Source of the DNA: an uncultured virus (IMG/VR IMGVR_UViG_3300020411_003822)
Lineage: Duplodnaviria; Heunggongvirae; Uroviricota; Caudoviricetes
Reading direction: 5' to 3' (one strand)
IMG/VR virus record: IMGVR_UViG_3300020411_003822
DNA: 20,000 bases
Under the pieces are notes generated by a model. That model saw only the letters and a list, made by a program, of their open reading frames with translations, was not told where the DNA came from and did no database searches. The position numbers were made by a program, and so were the translations under genes. Each line of letters begins with the position of its first letter. Within the stretch, counting starts at the first letter, position 1. Positions 15,738 to 20,000 of the stretch are shown one piece after another.

Positions 15738-16180
15738 AGAAAATGTACAGGGGACGAATACCAGGTGACGACAAAAAGCATGTAGGCCCAACAGGAGGCT
15801 TAGGCGGATTAGGTCATGTAGACAAGAAAAACCCCGCTCCAAGACCCGCTCCAAGAGAATTGCTAAAGGGAACAGCGCCACCACCGAAAGCAGGGACGCC
15901 TCCATCGATAAATCTGTCAAATAGTCCCTATGCCAACGAAAACAACTCTCCTCCTAACTTTCAAACACCTACTTTCGAGAGAATGCCAGCAGCAAACCCT
16001 GCACCAGAGATTAGCAAACTGGCCGCACCTTTAGGCAATACGAAGGGAACTAAACTATTCTCATGGAAAAACGCATTGTACCTCGGTGGCCTGATGACAA
16101 CGACATATGTGGCATACAAATACACTCACCGGCAAAGTGCCGAAGACTACGAAGCAGAATTGATGGAGGATGATGATTGA
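15734..16180 (+). CDS. Pro-rich protein with C-terminal TM helix
   Basis: GTG start overlapping the upstream stop; GGLGGLG motif; hydrophobic ALYLGGLMTTTYVAY. Confidence 0.7.
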   Translation: MKKMYRGRIPGDDKKHVGPTGGLGGLGHVDKKNPAPRPAPRELLKGTAPPPKAGTPPSINLSNSPYANENNSPPNFQTPTFERMPAANPAPEISKLAAPLGNTKGTKLFSWKNALYLGGLMTTTYVAYKYTHRQSAEDYEAELMEDDD

Positions 16181-16272
16181 TGATTGAGCACTTGCCAATC
16201 CAAGCCCTACCATTTCTTTTGGCATGGTGGTTAGGAACTTCAGCCGCTGAAATGAAAAACGGGAGGAATTGA
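16180..16272 (+). CDS. 30-aa hydrophobic peptide (not in ORF track)
   Basis: MIEHLPIQALPFLLAWWLGTSAAEMKNGRN*; TGATG overlap with the upstream stop, GGAGG upstream; stop 1 nt before the next ATG. Confidence 0.65.
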   Translation: MIEHLPIQALPFLLAWWLGTSAAEMKNGRN

Positions 16273-16273
16273 A

Positions 16274-16666
16274 ATGAGTATGTTTGGAAACAATATTTGG
16301 GCTACTGGTGAAATAAACCCTGCAAACTTTGCCGCAAACACAAATGTAAATCAGGCAAGTAGAGCAGAACAAAACAACAGCAACAACACGGTGACGGATT
16401 CATTCATTGGATCTCCCCTGGCGACCAATTCTCCTCCCTACCCTGTCCTAAACCTGGGAATGACTTACAATGAAGTCCCAAATCAAATCAAGATCATTTC
16501 AGCCATCGGAAGTATAGTCACAACAGGACTACTGATGGAAGCATTCGTATGGGGTTCAGGAAAGGAAATAGGTGGAAAGAAACTAATTTCGTTAGTTACT
16601 GGTGGATTGGCTTCAATACCAATATCCAAACAACTGGCAGAAGGCAGATTGCCAAAGGGTGAGTAA
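16274..16666 (+). CDS. Small membrane protein
   Basis: 130 aa; GGGAGG SD; two hydrophobic C-terminal segments. Confidence 0.75.
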   Translation: MSMFGNNIWATGEINPANFAANTNVNQASRAEQNNSNNTVTDSFIGSPLATNSPPYPVLNLGMTYNEVPNQIKIISAIGSIVTTGLLMEAFVWGSGKEIGGKKLISLVTGGLASIPISKQLAEGRLPKGE

Positions 16667-16667
16667 A

Positions 16668-18245
16668 ATGAAGAAGGTAGATGAAGCAACGGGTATGACA
16701 ATAGAAGTACCAGGTCACATGACAACACGCGGGAAATTCCCCTACGCTGGATTCTGGGCAGCAGTATCTCCTCAATTGGTGAGAGGGATACAGAAACACT
16801 GCTTGCCCAATGAAAACACTTCAACCATCAACGAAGCTTTGTCGAACTTAATCAATCTAACAAATGGTGAACAAGCAATCATCCTAAGCGAAAGATTGTG
16901 GTACATTGGTGAACTAATGGAACTCAACCCCACACTTCCAGTCGAAGGCAGGGCAGGTTTGGCTCTCGGATATGTTCAACCAAGCAAAGACGGAGGCAGG
17001 TTGGCAGTAGCATCTCGACTATTCGATGCACCAATTAGGGCGATTATCGCCCAAACAGCAGGCAAAACAAGAGCCGACAATTCAATGTCCAACTTATTGA
17101 ACGAGCAATCTTACTACAAAACAAAACTCGAACAATTGACTATTCAGTTGAGAAACCTTGAGCGTGAAGCAGGGAACAAACAAGAAATCGCCCAACTTCA
17201 ACAAAGGGCAACAACGATACAAAATCAGATCATAGGACTACAAAGAGAATGCGACAAGAGAGCAGAACAAATCGCAGAAATCCAAGCGGTCCGTGTACAA
17301 TATGCAAGTGTCAAAAAAACACATGACGCAGAACAGGCAGAAGTAAAGAAATTGCAAAACCAAATCAAAAATCTGCCAAACAACAATGCAAGAAGAGAAA
17401 ACGCTACAAAAGCACTCGCACCACTTCTGCAAAGAGTTCAATCAACAGGTATGTGGCTACAAAGAGTAGCAGTATCCGCAGATGATTCAGTAATCGGTGA
17501 TCTACAATCACTACAGAACAGTAAACTCGCTGAAATAAACCGACTAACAAATGAATACAACAACTTGGTAAACACCTACAACTCCAATGCAGAGAAATAC
17601 GAAACAGCAGTAGCTTCAGGACAACAAGTATGGTTGGAGATGCAACAAGTATCGAATCACATACAATCTATGGAATCCAACATCGCCAACGCTACAAACG
17701 CCATGTCCTCTTTCAACAACATAGAAACAAGCCAATTGACGAGAGTATGGGTCGCACACCTTGCAAATTGTAGGTCTGAAGCCGAAAGATTACTATTCCA
17801 AGCAAAGGCAAATGCAATGGGTGCAGTGCAAGGATCACCAATACCCAGGTCTGCAGAAGAACTGGTTGATGCAATGCATGTAAAACACTTCGAGGAATAC
17901 ATCGATGTGCTTAACCAAATCGGTGACTCGTTAGATGATGCCGAATACGAACTACTGGAAGAAATCGGACGACTCGGATTAGCAATGGCCTATGTTCCAG
18001 AAGGAAACCGATTGTATGCCATCTCAGAACTACGGAAATCAAGAAGAACAGTGGCTTACAGAAACCTCATCGAAGAAATCCTCGCACAAGGAGGACAGCC
18101 AGATATGGACAAGAAAATCAGAGCCCTATCAGCAGGTGGAAGAACACTACTCATCGAAAACGACAACGATCTTGTTGAAGTCAAACACTTAATCAGACAT
18201 CTGACTGATTCCAAGTTGAATCTCAAATACGGGGGTGGCAATTGA
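16668..18245 (+). CDS. Long coiled-coil protein
   Basis: ORF track 16602..18245; start revised to ATG 16668 (GGTGA SD, 1 nt after the upstream TAA); long Q/N/L/E heptad-rich centre. Confidence 0.8.
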   Translation: MKKVDEATGMTIEVPGHMTTRGKFPYAGFWAAVSPQLVRGIQKHCLPNENTSTINEALSNLINLTNGEQAIILSERLWYIGELMELNPTLPVEGRAGLALGYVQPSKDGGRLAVASRLFDAPIRAIIAQTAGKTRADNSMSNLLNEQSYYKTKLEQLTIQLRNLEREAGNKQEIAQLQQRATTIQNQIIGLQRECDKRAEQIAEIQAVRVQYASVKKTHDAEQAEVKKLQNQIKNLPNNNARRENATKALAPLLQRVQSTGMWLQRVAVSADDSVIGDLQSLQNSKLAEINRLTNEYNNLVNTYNSNAEKYETAVASGQQVWLEMQQVSNHIQSMESNIANATNAMSSFNNIETSQLTRVWVAHLANCRSEAERLLFQAKANAMGAVQGSPIPRSAEELVDAMHVKHFEEYIDVLNQIGDSLDDAEYELLEEIGRLGLAMAYVPEGNRLYAISELRKSRRTVAYRNLIEEILAQGGQPDMDKKIRALSAGGRTLLIENDNDLVEVKHLIRHLTDSKLNLKYGGGN

Positions 18246-20000
18246 TGCGAAGGGCACTGAAATTAACGAAAAGAGAAAGAAAACAGGTCGAGAGGGCCTT
18301 AAAAAAACTGGACTCTGCTTACGCTGCAGGTAAAGTGAACCCTTTAGTGTACAAAGACCAAAGAGCAAAACTACTACAAAATCTGCAAAGACCAAAATTT
18401 GCAACAACTGCTTTGGAAGAGAACCAAAGAGGGTTCTTTCAAAGAAGGAGAAACATGGAGTTTGGGCCAGCACCAGTGGGATATTGGGATGCAACAATCA
18501 AAAACAAAGAAGCAACCCTGCAAGTAAACCCCAACAAGGTACGGCAATCACTACTCTCAATCCACAACAATGAGTGGTGGAACGATGGCTTCCAAGAATC
18601 CCTCCGTGAATCTGCAAACGCAAGAGATCCAGTCAATCAAGCGAACCAACAGACACAACAAGAAATGTCATACTACCAGCAAGCGGTCCACCATGCACAA
18701 AATCTTGCGGGAACCGTTAATGCAAACACCTTTGAGGGCACAGACATTTGGCAAAACATCGAAAACTCGGAACCAGTATTGAGGGCTTTAGAAAGATTAG
18801 CCGAGAATGTCGAATACACTGTATTACGGATGACGACTATAGGAATGTCCGAGGAATTAGCAAGAGATGCAATCAGAAAAGCAGCAATTACCGCAGGTAA
18901 CGCAATGACTCAACAAGGCTACTCTCAAGCAAGAGCCGCTGAAATTACTGCAATGGTCGTCAAAGGGGAACTTTCAATCAATCAAGCAGTCAGCCAAGTG
19001 ACTTCCGACATCAATACTGCAAACCAAGCAATAGCCGCAATGAATAGCAACACGGCGAACCCATCCAATCCAATATGGAGAAACAATATGGATATTCATT
19101 CCATTGGGCCAAGTGGCGGTGGCGTCAGCTTATCTCAACTGCTTAACATGAAGAATGACTTAGTCAGCGACCTCGAATTAGAGAATGATCCAGCAGCAAG
19201 AAATCAAATCGCTGAAGCACTAAACAACTTACAAGCGGAAATCAACAGCAGACAGGCAGGCATACAAAGTGTATCAAATGCTCTCCCTGGTCCTCGCGGG
19301 CAACCTACGATGAACACACAAGGAAATGGTTACAATCCCACACAAAATTACCGCGCAAACCTATCCACAATGATGAACACAATCGATGCAATGTCCAGGG
19401 GTGGACCAGATCTATGGCAAATGGTGGACGACATTGTGACGATTCAAGGGAACATGTACTTCGATTACAGCGCAGGCAGTCCAACTTACATCACCTATGC
19501 AGCCAACAACGCACCAGAATACGATGCAGCCACCTCAATATACAGTCCTCCAAACACAGGAATATCGGTGTCCACCGTAATTACCAATGAAATGGATGAA
19601 TCCACGATCTTCCCATCAGGTGACTTCACAGTTTACTCATCCGGAAAGGCAAGCATACCTTCACTAAAATTAATCATTTCACAAATTATGAATGCACTGA
19701 ACTCTCCTCTAATCCCTGATAATGAAAGAGCGTACCTAATGTATCTGAAATACATCATGGAATTCAAAATCGCACACCTTGAATCTATTGTAGAGACAGT
19801 AGTACAGAATAACAGTGGCGGGAACAACAATGGCGGAAACAACAGTGGCGGGAACGCTAACAACCCCTACAATTTGCCGAATGATGCACAAAATCAAGCA
19901 CAAAATAATAGCGGAAACGGAGGAAACGGTGGCAACAACGCCAACGGCTTCAACAACGGTGGCAACAACGCCAACGGCTTCAACAACGGGGGCAATAACG
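18245..20000 (+). CDS. Large Asn/Gln/Ala-rich protein, partial (at least 585 aa; possibly virion-associated)
   Basis: TGATG overlap; reads MRRALKLTKRERKQVERALKKLDSAY... with no stop to the window end; absent from the ORF track, presumably because it has no stop codon in the window. Confidence 0.85.
   Translation, partial: MRRALKLTKRERKQVERALKKLDSAYAAGKVNPLVYKDQRAKLLQNLQRPKFATTALEENQRGFFQRRRNMEFGPAPVGYWDATIKNKEATLQVNPNKVRQSLLSIHNNEWWNDGFQESLRESANARDPVNQANQQTQQEMSYYQQAVHHAQNLAGTVNANTFEGTDIWQNIENSEPVLRALERLAENVEYTVLRMTTIGMSEELARDAIRKAAITAGNAMTQQGYSQARAAEITAMVVKGELSINQAVSQVTSDINTANQAIAAMNSNTANPSNPIWRNNMDIHSIGPSGGGVSLSQLLNMKNDLVSDLELENDPAARNQIAEALNNLQAEINSRQAGIQSVSNALPGPRGQPTMNTQGNGYNPTQNYRANLSTMMNTIDAMSRGGPDLWQMVDDIVTIQGNMYFDYSAGSPTYITYAANNAPEYDAATSIYSPPNTGISVSTVITNEMDESTIFPSGDFTVYSSGKASIPSLKLIISQIMNALNSPLIPDNERAYLMYLKYIMEFKIAHLESIVETVVQNNSGGNNNGGNNSGGNANNPYNLPNDAQNQAQNNSGNGGNGGNNANGFNNGGNNANGFNNGGNN
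19925..20000 (+). repeat. 30-bp coding tandem repeat (NGGNNANGFN) x2.5
   Basis: AACGGTGGCAACAACGCCAACGGCTTCAAC at 19925 and 19955, degenerate third copy from 19985; 15-bp NN(S/N)GG repeats at about 19808-19855. Confidence 0.9.

Noticed and set aside
16239..16251. TTCAGCCGCTGAA palindrome resembling the promoter motif
   Set aside because: One base shorter, inside the 30-aa ORF, and not at the 16-17 nt spacing from a start codon.
218..19863. Numerous antisense or nested ORFs in the track (e.g. 1531..2091-, 4233..4664+, 10614..11171+, 13932..14435-, 19633..19863-)
   Set aside because: They are shadows of better-supported genes on the opposite strand or frame, with S/F/L-rich composition and no motifs.

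Overview
Gene-dense window of mostly unrecognisable genes that looks like part of an archaeal (probably euryarchaeal/Thermoplasmatota-type) virus or large mobile element. It has no housekeeping operons, uses GGTGA/GGAGG Shine-Dalgarno sites inside operons, and has apparently leaderless first genes. Five parts: (1) 1-2.6 kb, a head-to-tail array of small, often CxxC-bearing ORFs whose junctions are all marked by ACTGAACA(TG), four of the units being 287-293 bp, with GC-rich hairpins after the two ATG-less copies; (2) a non-coding repeat region and one acidic ORF; (3) a 10-kb minus-strand block with a stand-alone, much enlarged and divergent archaeal RNA polymerase A'' (Rpo1C) homologue, RNase HI, an LRAT-like H-NC enzyme, RusA, a tandem RHH-like protein and unknowns; (4) a divergent intergenic region (13141-13518) with iterated palindromes, a candidate origin or operator array next to a wHTH protein; (5) a plus-strand, probably structural module with a transglutaminase-like DCDD protein, membrane proteins, a coiled-coil protein and a long Asn/Gly-rich ORF running off the end. 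A 13-bp motif (TTCAWACGGNTGA-like) lies 16-17 nt upstream of the ATG of five transcription-unit leaders, including the Rpo1C homologue. The best candidates for an undescribed system are the ACTGAAC-delimited cassette array and the element-encoded Rpo1C with its dedicated promoter motif. All calls are by eye; no searches were run.
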